This document shows, piece after piece, positions 7,477-16,104 of a stretch of 32,000 nt of DNA. A program made the translations under genes and the position numbers. This DNA comes from Actinocrinis puniceicyclus. GTDB lineage: Bacteria > Actinomycetota > Actinomycetes > Streptomycetales > Catenulisporaceae. Location of the stretch: assembly GCF_018283645.1 (NCBI RefSeq), contig NZ_JAGSXH010000001.1, positions 52,886-84,885 of the forward strand, given 5' to 3'. How positions within the stretch are numbered: position 1 is the first letter of the stretch; every line of letters starts with the position of its first letter. The notes under the pieces were generated by a model. That model ran no database searches and was not told where the DNA came from. It was given only the letters and a program-made list of their open reading frames with translations.

Positions 7477-9711
7477 TTGATACCCACGTCATCCATCCCA
7501 CGCGCGCGGCGCAGGCTGGCGGTGATCGCGGCCCTCGCGCTGGTGCCGCTGACCGCCGCGCTCTCCCCCGCCGCCGCGGCCACCACGATCACCAACGGCG
7601 GTTTCGAGAGCGGAAACCTGAGCGGCTGGACCGCGTCCGGGCCGGCCACCGGCGTGACCACGTCCGGACCGCATTCGGGTACGTATGCCGCGCTGCTCGG
7701 CTCCTCCTCCCCGACCAACGGCAGCTCCTCGATCGCCCAGTCGTTCACCGCCCCGAGCGGCGGGGGCACCCTGTCGTTCTGGTACGACGTGTTCTGCCCC
7801 GACACGGTGACCTACGACTGGGCCACCGCGACCCTCGCCGACACCACCGCGGGTACGACCAGCACCGTGCTGGGCAAGACCTGCGTGTCCAACTCCGGTT
7901 GGAAGCAGGTCTCGAAGACAGTCACCGCGGGGCACAACTACACGCTCACGCTCGTCAACCGCGACGACGACTACCCGGGTGACGCGACGTACACCAAGTA
8001 CGACGACGTGGTGCTGACGCCCGCCTCGAGCACGAACGACTTCTCGATCTCGGCGAGCCCGGCCGCGGCCTCGGTCAGCCCGGGCGGCTCGGCCACCTCG
8101 ACGATCTCCACGGCCGTCACCTCGGGAAGCGCGCAGACCGTGGCGCTGAGCGCGGCCGGCCTGCCGTCCGGGGCCTCGGCCTCGTTCAATCCCGCGTCGG
8201 TGACGGCGGGTTCGTCCTCGACCCTGACCGTGGCCACCTCCTCGACCACGCCCTCCGGAACCTCGGTGATCACGATCACGGGCACCGGGACCTCGGCGAC
8301 GCACACGACCACCTTCACGCTGACGGTCGGCTCGTCCGGCGGCATAACCCTGACCAAGGTGAGTTCGGACCCGTACACGGACACGGACGCGCAGCACGCC
8401 ACCCAGGTCGAGCCGGACACGTACGCCTACGGCAGCACGATCGTCTCCGCGTTCCAGGTCGGCCGGGTCTACGGCGGCGGGTCCTCGGACCTGGGCTGGG
8501 CGACCTCGACCGACGGCGGCAGCACCTGGCAGCACGGCTACCTGCCCGGCCTCACGGTCAACCAGGGCGGCTCGTACGCACAGGTCTCGGACGCGGCCGT
8601 GGCCTACGACGTGAAGCATGGCGAGTGGATGGTCGTCGGCCTGCCGATCGACTCCTCCGGCAACGCCGCGGGGATCACGGTCAACCGCTCCACCGACGGC
8701 GTCAACTGGCAGAACGCGATCCAGGCGGTCGGCTTCGACGGTCAGGGCTATGACAAGCAGTGGGTCGTGTGCGACGACAGCGCCGGCAGCCCCTACTACG
8801 GCAACTGCTACATCGAGGTCGACGTGACCTCCTCGGGCAACGCCGAATCGATGTCAGTCTCCAGCGACGGCGGCCAGACCTGGTCCGCGCTCAGGCAGCC
8901 CGCCGATGGTCCCTCCGGCCTCGGCGGCCAGCCGCTGGTGCAGCCGAACGGGACCGTCGTGGTGCCCTATTCGGCCAACGGCAGCGCGATCCGCGCCTTC
9001 ACCTCCGGCAACGGCGGCGCCTCGTGGAACTCCAGCGTCCAGGTCGCCACGGTCAACGCGCACGCGGTGGCCGGAAACCTGCGCGACGGTGAGGGACTGC
9101 CGAGCGCGGAGATCGACTCCAGCGGCAAGGTGTACGTGGCCTGGCAGGACTGCCGGTTCCGCTCCGGCTGCCCCGCCAACGACATCGTGTATTCGACCTC
9201 GACGAACGGCTCCACGTGGAGTTCGGTGACCCGCGTCCCGATCGACGCGACCACCAGCGGCGTGGACCACTTCATCCCGGGCCTCGGCGTGGACCACGCC
9301 ACCTCCGGCACGACGGCGAAGCTCGGCCTCTACTACTACTTCTACCCGAACGCCGGCTGCTCGTCCTCGACCTGCCAGCTGGAGGTCGGCTACATCTCCT
9401 CGGCCAACGGCGGCTCCACCTGGAGCGCGCCGCAGACCCTCGCCGGGCCGTTCGGCCTCTCGCTGATCGCGAGCACCAGCCAGGGCAGCATGGTCGGGGA
9501 CTACATCTCGTGCAGCGTGCTCAACGGCAACGCGTACGCGGTGTTCGCGGTCGGCAAGTCGCCGACCAACGGACAGGCGTTCGACGAGGCGATGTACACC
9601 GCGGGCGGCCTGACGGTCACCGGCGGGGCGCTGCGTGCGGCGACCGGTCCGATCTTCGGCGCTCCGGGCATCCTGACCAGCCCCGCGCAGCAACTGCGCA
9701 CCCTGCACTAA
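7477..9711 (+). CDS. Secreted BNR/Asp-box (sialidase-fold) protein with an N-terminal CBM-like jelly-roll and an Ig-like S/T-rich linker domain
   Basis: 744 aa. TTG start at 7477, with GAAGGGA 10 nt upstream. Signal peptide RARRRLAVIAALALVPLTAALSPAAAA. A CBM-like region (ITNGGFESGNLSGWT...) is followed by six Asp-box-like motifs: STDGGSTWQ, STDGVNWQ, SSDGGQTWS, SGNGGASWN, STNGSTWS and SANGGSTWS. Confidence 0.85.
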   Translation: MIPTSSIPRARRRLAVIAALALVPLTAALSPAAAATTITNGGFESGNLSGWTASGPATGVTTSGPHSGTYAALLGSSSPTNGSSSIAQSFTAPSGGGTLSFWYDVFCPDTVTYDWATATLADTTAGTTSTVLGKTCVSNSGWKQVSKTVTAGHNYTLTLVNRDDDYPGDATYTKYDDVVLTPASSTNDFSISASPAAASVSPGGSATSTISTAVTSGSAQTVALSAAGLPSGASASFNPASVTAGSSSTLTVATSSTTPSGTSVITITGTGTSATHTTTFTLTVGSSGGITLTKVSSDPYTDTDAQHATQVEPDTYAYGSTIVSAFQVGRVYGGGSSDLGWATSTDGGSTWQHGYLPGLTVNQGGSYAQVSDAAVAYDVKHGEWMVVGLPIDSSGNAAGITVNRSTDGVNWQNAIQAVGFDGQGYDKQWVVCDDSAGSPYYGNCYIEVDVTSSGNAESMSVSSDGGQTWSALRQPADGPSGLGGQPLVQPNGTVVVPYSANGSAIRAFTSGNGGASWNSSVQVATVNAHAVAGNLRDGEGLPSAEIDSSGKVYVAWQDCRFRSGCPANDIVYSTSTNGSTWSSVTRVPIDATTSGVDHFIPGLGVDHATSGTTAKLGLYYYFYPNAGCSSSTCQLEVGYISSANGGSTWSAPQTLAGPFGLSLIASTSQGSMVGDYISCSVLNGNAYAVFAVGKSPTNGQAFDEAMYTAGGLTVTGGALRAATGPIFGAPGILTSPAQQLRTLH

Positions 9712-9830
9712 CCGGCACTAACCGACCGCTGATCGGATGAACACGTGCGGCTCCCGGGCCGTCTCGGCCACTGAACGTCAGAGGTCTGAGATGGTTCGGG
9801 AGCCGCGGCGCGTCCGGCCGTCCCGCCGGG

Positions 9831-10166
9831 TCAGCGCCCGCGCGGGCCGTACATGATGACGCCGACTCCGGCCAGGCAGATCAGCGCGCCGAGGACGTCG
9901 GAGCGGTCCGGCCGGTAGCCGTCGGCGATCACGCCCCACAGCAGTGAGCCCGCGACGAAGACCCCGCCGTAGGCGGCCAGGATCCTGCCGAAGTGGCTGT
10001 CGGGCTGGAGCGTCGCGACGAAGCCGTACGCGCCGAGGGCGAGCACGCCCGCGCCGATCCAGCCGGGGCCGCGATGCTCGCGCACCCCCTGCCACACCAG
10101 CCAGCAGCCGCCGATCTCGAACAGCGCGGCCAGGACGAACAGCGCGACCGAGCGGGCCGGCGTCAT
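9831..10166 (-). CDS. ynfA: YnfA-family (UPF0060) small inner-membrane protein
   Basis: Lies in ORF 9831..10304. The start is at [26 protein letters not shown]. It is 111 aa with four hydrophobic segments, and LFEIGGxWL.W is the YnfA hallmark as I remember it. Confidence 0.75.
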   Translation of the reverse strand: MTPARSVALFVLAALFEIGGCWLVWQGVREHRGPGWIGAGVLALGAYGFVATLQPDSHFGRILAAYGGVFVAGSLLWGVIADGYRPDRSDVLGALICLAGVGVIMYGPRGR

Positions 10167-10218
10167 CGGGTCCGGCTTCGCGGCACACGCCGGGGGCGCG
10201 CCTCGGTCACGTCGCACT

Positions 10219-10620
10219 TCATGCAGCCGAAGGTACCGCCTGCGCAGCCGCGCGCGCCGCCTCACGGCGCCGCCGCCACTGCGGGAAGGGCGGGCTCGGC
10301 TCAATCGGGAACAGTTCGTTCATGCCGGTGGCCTTGAACGCCTTGGCCAGCAGCGGACGCAGACCGCGCAGCGTCGGGGCCTGGCGGTGCTGCCCGGTGG
10401 CCTCGCGGTGCAGGGCGAGCAGCGCGCGCAGCGCGGCGCCGTCGAAGAGCATGGCCTCGGACAGGTCCACGACCAGCCGGGGGTGGCGGGCGAACTCGTC
10501 GAGCAGCCGCTCGCGGAACCGGTCCGCGCTCGCCAGGTCCACCTCGCCGCGCACGTGCAGCACGGCCGCGCCGTCGGGCGTGTGGGTCAGGTAGAAGGTC
10601 GGGGGCGGGGACGAAATCAT
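10219..10620 (-). CDS. STAS-domain protein (anti-sigma-factor antagonist family)
   Basis: Lies in ORF 10219..10683. ATG 10620 gives [40 protein letters not shown]...[20 protein letters not shown]...[17 protein letters not shown], a typical SpoIIAA/RsbV-like fold pattern. In the phospho-acceptor position the sequence is DGA rather than DSS. Confidence 0.75.
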   Translation of the reverse strand: MISSPPPTFYLTHTPDGAAVLHVRGEVDLASADRFRERLLDEFARHPRLVVDLSEAMLFDGAALRALLALHREATGQHRQAPTLRGLRPLLAKAFKATGMNELFPIEPSPPFPQWRRRREAARAAAQAVPSAA

Positions 10621-10650
10621 GGCTGATTCACCTTGCCGTGCCGGTGAACG

Positions 10651-10679
10651 GCGGCCGCCCGGCCACGCCGGGCGGCCGC
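10651..10679 (-). terminator. Perfect 13-bp GC hairpin downstream of hsp18
   Basis: GCGGCCGCCCGGC-cac-GCCGGGCGGCCGC lies ~55 nt after the hsp18 stop and only ~30 nt before the STAS start. There is no U-tract. Confidence 0.45.
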
Positions 10680-10734
10680 GCACGTGACGGGGCCGATTTG
10701 CCGCGGACCGCGCGGGACACTCGCTGAGCGGCGG

Positions 10735-11178
10735 TTACGCGGTGATCTCCTTGTGGTCCGGTTCGCCGGTGCTGATCTCGATCCTGCGCGGCTTGGCCTT
10801 CTCGGCCACCGGGATGCGCAGGGTGAGCACTCCCGAGCTGTAGTCGGCGGCGATGTGCTCGGTGTCCAGGGTGTCGCCGAGGAAGAGCTGGCGGGAGAAG
10901 ACCCCGAGCGGGCGTTCGGAGACCTGCATCTCGACCTTCTCGCCGGTGCGCGCGGGCCGGCGCTCGGCCTTGACGGTCAGCACGTTGCGCTCGACGTCCA
11001 GCTCGATCGCGTCCGGCGAGATGCCGGGCAGGTCGAAGCAGACCACGAACTGGTCGCCGTCGCGGTACGCGTCCATCGGCATCGCGTTGGGGCGGCTCCA
11101 CGTGCCCGTGCCGGGGTTGCCGAGCAACTGCGCGGTCAGCCGGTCCAGTTCCCGGAAGGGGTCGGTGCGCATCAACAT
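10735..11178 (-). CDS. hsp18: Small heat-shock protein, Hsp20/alpha-crystallin family (Hsp18-type)
   Basis: Lies in ORF 10735..11187. ATG 11178 has GGAGGTG 6 nt upstream. The alpha-crystallin domain reads [40 protein letters not shown]...[20 protein letters not shown]. The gene is divergent from a rheA-like gene. Confidence 0.9.
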   Translation of the reverse strand: MLMRTDPFRELDRLTAQLLGNPGTGTWSRPNAMPMDAYRDGDQFVVCFDLPGISPDAIELDVERNVLTVKAERRPARTGEKVEMQVSERPLGVFSRQLFLGDTLDTEHIAADYSSGVLTLRIPVAEKAKPRRIEISTGEPDHKEITA

Positions 11179-11234
11179 GGTGAACACCTCCAGATCGGTT
11201 CAACAGTCGACGAGGTCGACGCGCTTGCGATTCC

Positions 11235-11263
11235 CTTGTAGCATGTCGTCGCAATGATGACAA
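11235..11263 (-). promoter_or_regulatory. Candidate vegetative-type hsp18 promoter (-35 TTGTCA, 17-nt spacer, -10 TACAAG)
   Basis: Read on the minus strand, the -10 is at 11235-11240 and the -35 at 11258-11263. The -35 and spacer are covered by RheA operator 1. Confidence 0.45.
11244..11262. promoter_or_regulatory. RheA operator copy 1 (TGTCGTC-N5-GATGACA)
   Basis: One mismatch to the inverted repeat TGTCATC-N5-GATGACA, which I recall as the published RheA binding site in the Streptomyces albus hsp18-rheA intergenic region. Confidence 0.65.
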
Positions 11264-11270
11264 GTCGAAG

Positions 11271-11289
11271 CGTCATCGGAAGGATGACA
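11271..11289. promoter_or_regulatory. RheA operator copy 2 (CGTCATC-N5-GATGACA)
   Basis: A second copy of the same inverted repeat with one mismatch. It ends 1 nt before the rheA ATG (11291), which suggests autoregulation and possibly a leaderless rheA mRNA. Confidence 0.6.
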
Positions 11290-11290
11290 T

Positions 11291-11977
11291 ATGGAGGACG
11301 TAGCCCGTGCCGCGGGCCCGACTGATCCGGCGGAGTCGCTGGAACGCGTCGCCGCCGCCGTGAAGCATGCGCGGCGTGCCGCGTCTTGCGAGCCGGGCCG
11401 GGGCGAGCAGGCGTCGCCCGAGACTGCGGGCGGCTCGGCCCAGTTCCTCGCCGCTCTGGCGCTGCTTCGCGAACTGCGCGCGCAGATCGCGTCCTGGGAG
11501 CCGGACCTGATCGACGCGGCGCGGGGCCGGGGGGCGAGCTGGGCCGAGTTGGCCCCGGCGCTGGGGGTGGCCAGCCGGCAGGCTGCGGAGCGCCGCTATC
11601 TGCGTCTGCGACCCGCTTCCGGCGCGATGCAGGGGACCGGCGACGAGCGGGTGCGGGCCGAGCGCGACCGGCGCGCCGGGCAGCGCGCGGTGGCGCTGTG
11701 GGCTCGCGATCACGCGGCCGACCTGCGTCAGCTGGCCGGGCAGATCACCGCGTTGAGCAACCTGTCGCGCGCGGCGGACGGCGACCTGGCGCAGCTGCGT
11801 CTGGCGCTCGGCGGCGACGACGCGGCGCAGTTGCTGGCGCCGCTGGCGGGCACGCACGAGCACCTGGAGGCCGAGCACCCGGCGCTGGCCGCGCGGTTGC
11901 GGGAGGTGGCCGCGCACACGGACACGGTGCGGCGCGGCTCCCACGAGCAGAGGCGCGCCGGACGATCAGACCTCTGA
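11291..11977 (+). CDS. rheA: RheA-like repressor of hsp18 (thermosensing transcriptional regulator)
   Basis: 228 aa and divergent from hsp18 across a 112-bp region carrying two RheA-type operators. The size and synteny match S. albus RheA (~225 aa). The assignment rests on context and operators, not on a remembered alignment. Confidence 0.65.
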   Translation: MEDVARAAGPTDPAESLERVAAAVKHARRAASCEPGRGEQASPETAGGSAQFLAALALLRELRAQIASWEPDLIDAARGRGASWAELAPALGVASRQAAERRYLRLRPASGAMQGTGDERVRAERDRRAGQRAVALWARDHAADLRQLAGQITALSNLSRAADGDLAQLRLALGGDDAAQLLAPLAGTHEHLEAEHPALAARLREVAAHTDTVRRGSHEQRRAGRSDL

Positions 11978-12047
11978 CGGAACGCGCCCCCGGCTCCGGC
12001 CCGACCCGGGTTCGGGCCCTGCCCCAGCCCCGCGCTCAGCCCCGGTC

Positions 12048-12881
12048 TCAGCTCGCGACTTCGACGCCGTATCTGTCGGCGAGTTCTTGCACGCTCAGGG
12101 ACCGGCCGGTCAGTCGCAGACGCCCCGGATCGGCCGCGAGCGCCGCGACGGTCCGCCCGACGCCCTCCGGCGACTGCGAGCTCGACAGGTCCAGGTGCTC
12201 GGCGAACTGCATGACGCCCTCCGTGCGAACCAGGCCCGGGTGCAGGGCGACGCAGGTGACGCCGTGCTCACGCAGTTGTACCGCGCCGGCCAGCGCCAAG
12301 CGGTCGTCCGCGCTCTTGGCCATCGCGTACGCGGCGCCGAAAGCGTGCTGTTCGGCGGTCGGCGTCGCGAAGGAGACGGTGACGGCCAGGCTCGCCGGCG
12401 TCGAGATCAGCAGCGGCGCGCACCGGGCCAGCGCGACGTAGTGGGCGCGCACGCCGGCGCCGAACATCGCGTCGAACAGCTCGATCGGCTGGCGCCACAG
12501 CGGGGCGTTCCACTCCTGCCAGCCGCCCGCGTTGAGCCGCTCGTAGCCGCCCCAGACGTTGTTGACCAGAAGGTCGAGCCGACCGCACTGCGCGCCGATG
12601 CGTTGCGCGACCGCCGCGACCGCCGCATCGTCTCGGTGGTCACACACGATCCCCACGCCCCGGCCCCCGGCGGCGGTGACCGCCTCGGCGCTCTCCTCGA
12701 CCGTGCCGGGCAGGTGGCTCGTACGCCCGTTCGCGTGCGAGCGCGCCGTGACGTACACCGTCCATCCCGCGCGCCCGAGCGCCACGGCGATACCGCGCCC
12801 CACGCCACGGCTGGCACCGGTGACCCACGCGATCCGCGGACTGTCGCGGTCGAACCCTTCATGATCCTGCGCTGCCGACAT
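12048..12881 (-). CDS. SDR-family oxidoreductase
   Basis: 277 aa. Cofactor motif TGASRGVGRG, NNVWG (NNAG-like) and the catalytic YAMAK (YxxxK). Confidence 0.85.
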   Translation of the reverse strand: MSAAQDHEGFDRDSPRIAWVTGASRGVGRGIAVALGRAGWTVYVTARSHANGRTSHLPGTVEESAEAVTAAGGRGVGIVCDHRDDAAVAAVAQRIGAQCGRLDLLVNNVWGGYERLNAGGWQEWNAPLWRQPIELFDAMFGAGVRAHYVALARCAPLLISTPASLAVTVSFATPTAEQHAFGAAYAMAKSADDRLALAGAVQLREHGVTCVALHPGLVRTEGVMQFAEHLDLSSSQSPEGVGRTVAALAADPGRLRLTGRSLSVQELADRYGVEVAS

Positions 12882-13011
12882 GCCCCGAGGCTACCCGCCG
12901 CCACCGACGAACCGGCGTCCTCGTCCGGCGCACCAGGGTAGGCTCGGCCCATCGCCGAACGCGTAAACCCCGGGCCGTCGCGGCGGTCCGGTGAGCCACC
13001 GGAAAGAGCGC

Positions 13012-13848
13012 ATGTCTACCGCCGACTTCGATCGAGCCGCACACCTGCTCGGTGAAGGAGTGCCGCCGTCGCGGATCCACACCGACCAGCCCAGCCCCGC
13101 CCGCATCTACGACTACTGGCTCGGCGGCAAGAACTACTACCCGGTGGACCGCGACGTGGCGGAGACCATCCTCGCGATGGCCCCGACCACCCGCGCCGGC
13201 ATCAAGGAGAACCGCGCGTTCCTGCTGCGCGCGGTAGAGCGCCTGGCCCGGCAGGGGATAGACCAGTTCCTGGACATCGGCTGCGGACTGCCCTTCTCCC
13301 CCAATGTGCACGAGGTCGCACAGAGCGTCGCGCCGAACGCCCGCGTCACCTACGTCGACTCGGACCCGATCGTGCGCGCGCACGCGCAGGCGCTCATGCA
13401 GAGCGGAGACCCGGAACACATCGCCGTCCTGCACGCCGACGCCCGCCGGCCGCAGGAGATTCTTGAGGCCCCTGACACACGTAGGGTGCTGGACTTCGAC
13501 CGCCCGGTCGGCGTGCTGCTCGTGGCCGTCCTGCACTTCATCCAGTCGCACGACGATCCGCGCCAGATCGTTCGGACACTGATGAACGCGTTCCCGGCGG
13601 GCAGCTGTCTGGTCATCTCGCACGGCACCGCCGACTTCAATCCCGCCGGGGTGCTTGAGGCGACCGGCTCGTACCACGCGACCTCGTCCTACGTGCCGCG
13701 CACCGGCGCCGAGATCGAGGAGCTGTTCCTGGGCATGCCCTTGGTCGAACCCGGCCTGGTACCCGTCGCGCAATGGCCTGATATGACCGTACCTTCCCGC
13801 GCCGAGCAGTTCGGCCTCTACGCCGGGGTAGCGCGCAAACCGGAGTGA
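13012..13848 (+). CDS. SAM-dependent methyltransferase, actinobacterial DUF574 (Methyltransf_19) type
   Basis: Lies in ORF 12991..13848. ATG 13012 is preceded by GGAAAGAG. It carries the hallmark ARIYDYWLGGKNYYPVDR...FLDIGCGLP. Confidence 0.8.
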   Translation: MSTADFDRAAHLLGEGVPPSRIHTDQPSPARIYDYWLGGKNYYPVDRDVAETILAMAPTTRAGIKENRAFLLRAVERLARQGIDQFLDIGCGLPFSPNVHEVAQSVAPNARVTYVDSDPIVRAHAQALMQSGDPEHIAVLHADARRPQEILEAPDTRRVLDFDRPVGVLLVAVLHFIQSHDDPRQIVRTLMNAFPAGSCLVISHGTADFNPAGVLEATGSYHATSSYVPRTGAEIEELFLGMPLVEPGLVPVAQWPDMTVPSRAEQFGLYAGVARKPE

Positions 13849-13925
13849 CGGTCACCGTGGCCTTCTCGGTGGCGGCGCCCACGTTGCGCATCGCTTGCTC
13901 CAACTCGTCATCGTCCAGGTCGAGT

Positions 13926-14600
13926 TCATTGCTTCAGCGCCCGGCAGGCTCTCGCGAAGTCGTCGGCCGAGCCGCTTCGCAGCGTGACCGCGGCGGTGCC
14001 CGCGTCCGCGGTCGAGGTCGTGGTGCGGATCGCGCCGTCCGGGGTGAACGGTTCGGTGAACGAGTTGTCGGTGTCCTCGACGACCAGATTCGGGCCCTGC
14101 CAGGTTCCGCCGAACGCCACGACCCAGCCGGCCGGCAGCTTGACCGGGGAACCGCCGTTCAGCAGCAGCATCGTGCGCGCACCGTCCGTGCTCCACCAGG
14201 TGTGCACGCTTCCGGTCAACGCCATGTCCTCGGTCGCTCCGTTGCGGCCGCACAGCTTCGCATCGCCGATCAGGTTGCTACAGCCGCCGGTGTGGCCGCA
14301 GCGCACCCGCCTGGTCGAGAGCAATCCGCCCCGCAGATGAACGTAGAGCTCGTATTTGCCGCCGTTGGAAGCCTGTACTTCGCCGTAGCCGCTCCATGTC
14401 ATGTTCGGGGTGAACCGGCCGCCGATGTGCAGGGCCCACGGCTCAAGCCCGACCCCGACCAGTAGCACCGCGGCCAGTGCGAGCACGAGCATTGATCGGG
14501 GTCGCAGGCGCCGCCGCCTGCGCACCGGAGCGATCGGTCCGAACGGCGCGTCAGGCCCTCCGGTTCCACCCGGCGTCTTGTCCTGTCCCACGTCGGTCAT
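13926..14600 (-). CDS. Hypothetical single-pass membrane protein with a Cys-containing extracytoplasmic domain
   Basis: Lies in ORF 13926..14732. ATG 14600 is preceded by GGGAGGGA. The layout is a Pro/Gly-rich N-terminus, an RRRRRLRPR stop-transfer, the TM segment MLVLALAAVLLVGVGL, then a ~165-aa domain with 4 Cys. No family was recognised. Confidence 0.65.
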   Translation of the reverse strand: MTDVGQDKTPGGTGGPDAPFGPIAPVRRRRRLRPRSMLVLALAAVLLVGVGLEPWALHIGGRFTPNMTWSGYGEVQASNGGKYELYVHLRGGLLSTRRVRCGHTGGCSNLIGDAKLCGRNGATEDMALTGSVHTWWSTDGARTMLLLNGGSPVKLPAGWVVAFGGTWQGPNLVVEDTDNSFTEPFTPDGAIRTTTSTADAGTAAVTLRSGSADDFARACRALKQ

Positions 14601-15086
14601 CTCAGTCCCTCCCATTGTCGACCGCGAAGCCGCCGGGTGCGCGGCGTGGTGAGTCGAATCAGCCTCGCCATCCACCTGTGGCGCCACGTATCGGGTGTGC
14701 CGAAAACCCTGGCGCACGCGGCGATGCCACACGAGAAGGCGACCTGATTGAACAGCTCAACACGTGGATCCGCAACCATGGAATGGTGACCTCTGCGGAC
14801 GGTCGGGCTCTCGTCCCTGCCCTTAAGGGCTCGATGCGCCGCCAGACCGGACCTGGCGCGGCGTGCGACCGAACACCATCAGAGGTCCCTGATCCGCCTC
14901 GCAGGCTTCGCCACGTGCGCGTTTTACGGGTATCACCCCTCGGGCGGCCGCACAGCCGCGGGTGTCCGGCGGGCGGTTCACGGACTTCCCCGGCCTGCCC
15001 GACGCGGGTCCGCATCGTCGCGGTCGACCGGTGCCTGCCTCAAAGGGCGGTGAAGGCGGCCCGTTGGCGCGCAGCGGCGGCCGCGG

Positions 15087-15941
15087 TCAGCTGAACGCGC
15101 GCACGACCGCGGCAATGTCGTCGGCGCCGTGCCCGGCCTGGTCGGCGGCGTCGAACTGGGCGCGCAGCGCCTGCATCAGCCGGTCGTCGCAGCCCGCCGC
15201 CTGCATCGCCTCGATGATCAGCGCCGCGTCCTTCGCCGCGCCGCCCAGGGTGAACGCCGGGGCGAAGTCGCCCGCGATCATCGCCTTGCCCTTCGACTGC
15301 GCGTACTCGCAGTCGAGCGGACCGCCCGCGATCGTCTGCAGGAACAGCGCCGGATCCAGCCCCAACTGCCGGGTCAGCGCGACGCCCTGGGCGGTCGCCC
15401 CGATCAGCGACAGCACCCAGGAGTTCGCCGCGAGCTTGACCCGGTGGCCCTGCCCGGGCCGCTCGCCGACCCACACCGTGCGGGAGCCGATCGCGTCGAG
15501 CACCGGCGCGACCCGCTCCCTCAGTCCCACGGGGCCGGCCGCGAGCACGATCAGCTTTCCCTGCTCGGCCGGCTGCCTGGTGCCGAGCACCGGGGCGTCC
15601 ACGAAACCGACGTCGTGCCGGTCCGCGAGCCTCGCGAGGCGGGCGGTGGCGTCCAGTCCGACGGTGGCGCACTGCAGCCAGACCGCGTCTGCGTCCATCG
15701 CCGGCAGCGCCGGCTTCATGACGTCCTCGACCGCGTCCGCGTCGAACAGCATGGTGAGCGCGACGTGCGCGCCGCGGACCGCGGCAGCCGGATCGCCGGC
15801 CGTCTCGACGCCGGCGTCCGCGAGGTCGAGAGCCTTGTCGGGACTGCGGTTCCACGCGGTCACCTGATGTCCCCCGCGGGCCAGGCTGCGCGCGATACCC
15901 GAACCCATCAGCCCGGTTCCCAGGACGGTCACCCTCGCCAT
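15087..15941 (-). CDS. NAD(P)-dependent beta-hydroxyacid dehydrogenase family oxidoreductase (3-hydroxyisobutyrate/6-phosphogluconate dehydrogenase-like)
   Basis: 284 aa with an N-terminal Rossmann motif VTVLGTGLMGSGIARSL, a central catalytic-region pattern and a KD..L motif (GGAAKDAALI). GGAGG lies upstream of the ATG. Confidence 0.85.
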   Translation of the reverse strand: MARVTVLGTGLMGSGIARSLARGGHQVTAWNRSPDKALDLADAGVETAGDPAAAVRGAHVALTMLFDADAVEDVMKPALPAMDADAVWLQCATVGLDATARLARLADRHDVGFVDAPVLGTRQPAEQGKLIVLAAGPVGLRERVAPVLDAIGSRTVWVGERPGQGHRVKLAANSWVLSLIGATAQGVALTRQLGLDPALFLQTIAGGPLDCEYAQSKGKAMIAGDFAPAFTLGGAAKDAALIIEAMQAAGCDDRLMQALRAQFDAADQAGHGADDIAAVVRAFS

Positions 15942-16104
15942 GACAAGACCTCCATATTCGCCGCGCGGCGGATCGAAGCCCCGCCTACCCCGTCGACGCC
16001 CGCGGATGCGTCCCAGGCGCGCTCCGGCGGCCGCGACGGGCCACGCCGCGCCGCTGCGGTCGAGACCCCACCGGGTTGTCGGCGCCCGCGCGTAGGCTCA
16101 CCCC

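Noticed and set aside
14477-15094. A 205-aa plus-strand ORF covering the 486-bp gap.
   Set aside because: It overlaps the 5' end of the membrane-protein gene on the other strand and has no RBS or family motif. Its composition is shadow-like except for one ~30-aa stretch. The region is kept as a non-coding or pseudogene finding rather than called as a CDS.
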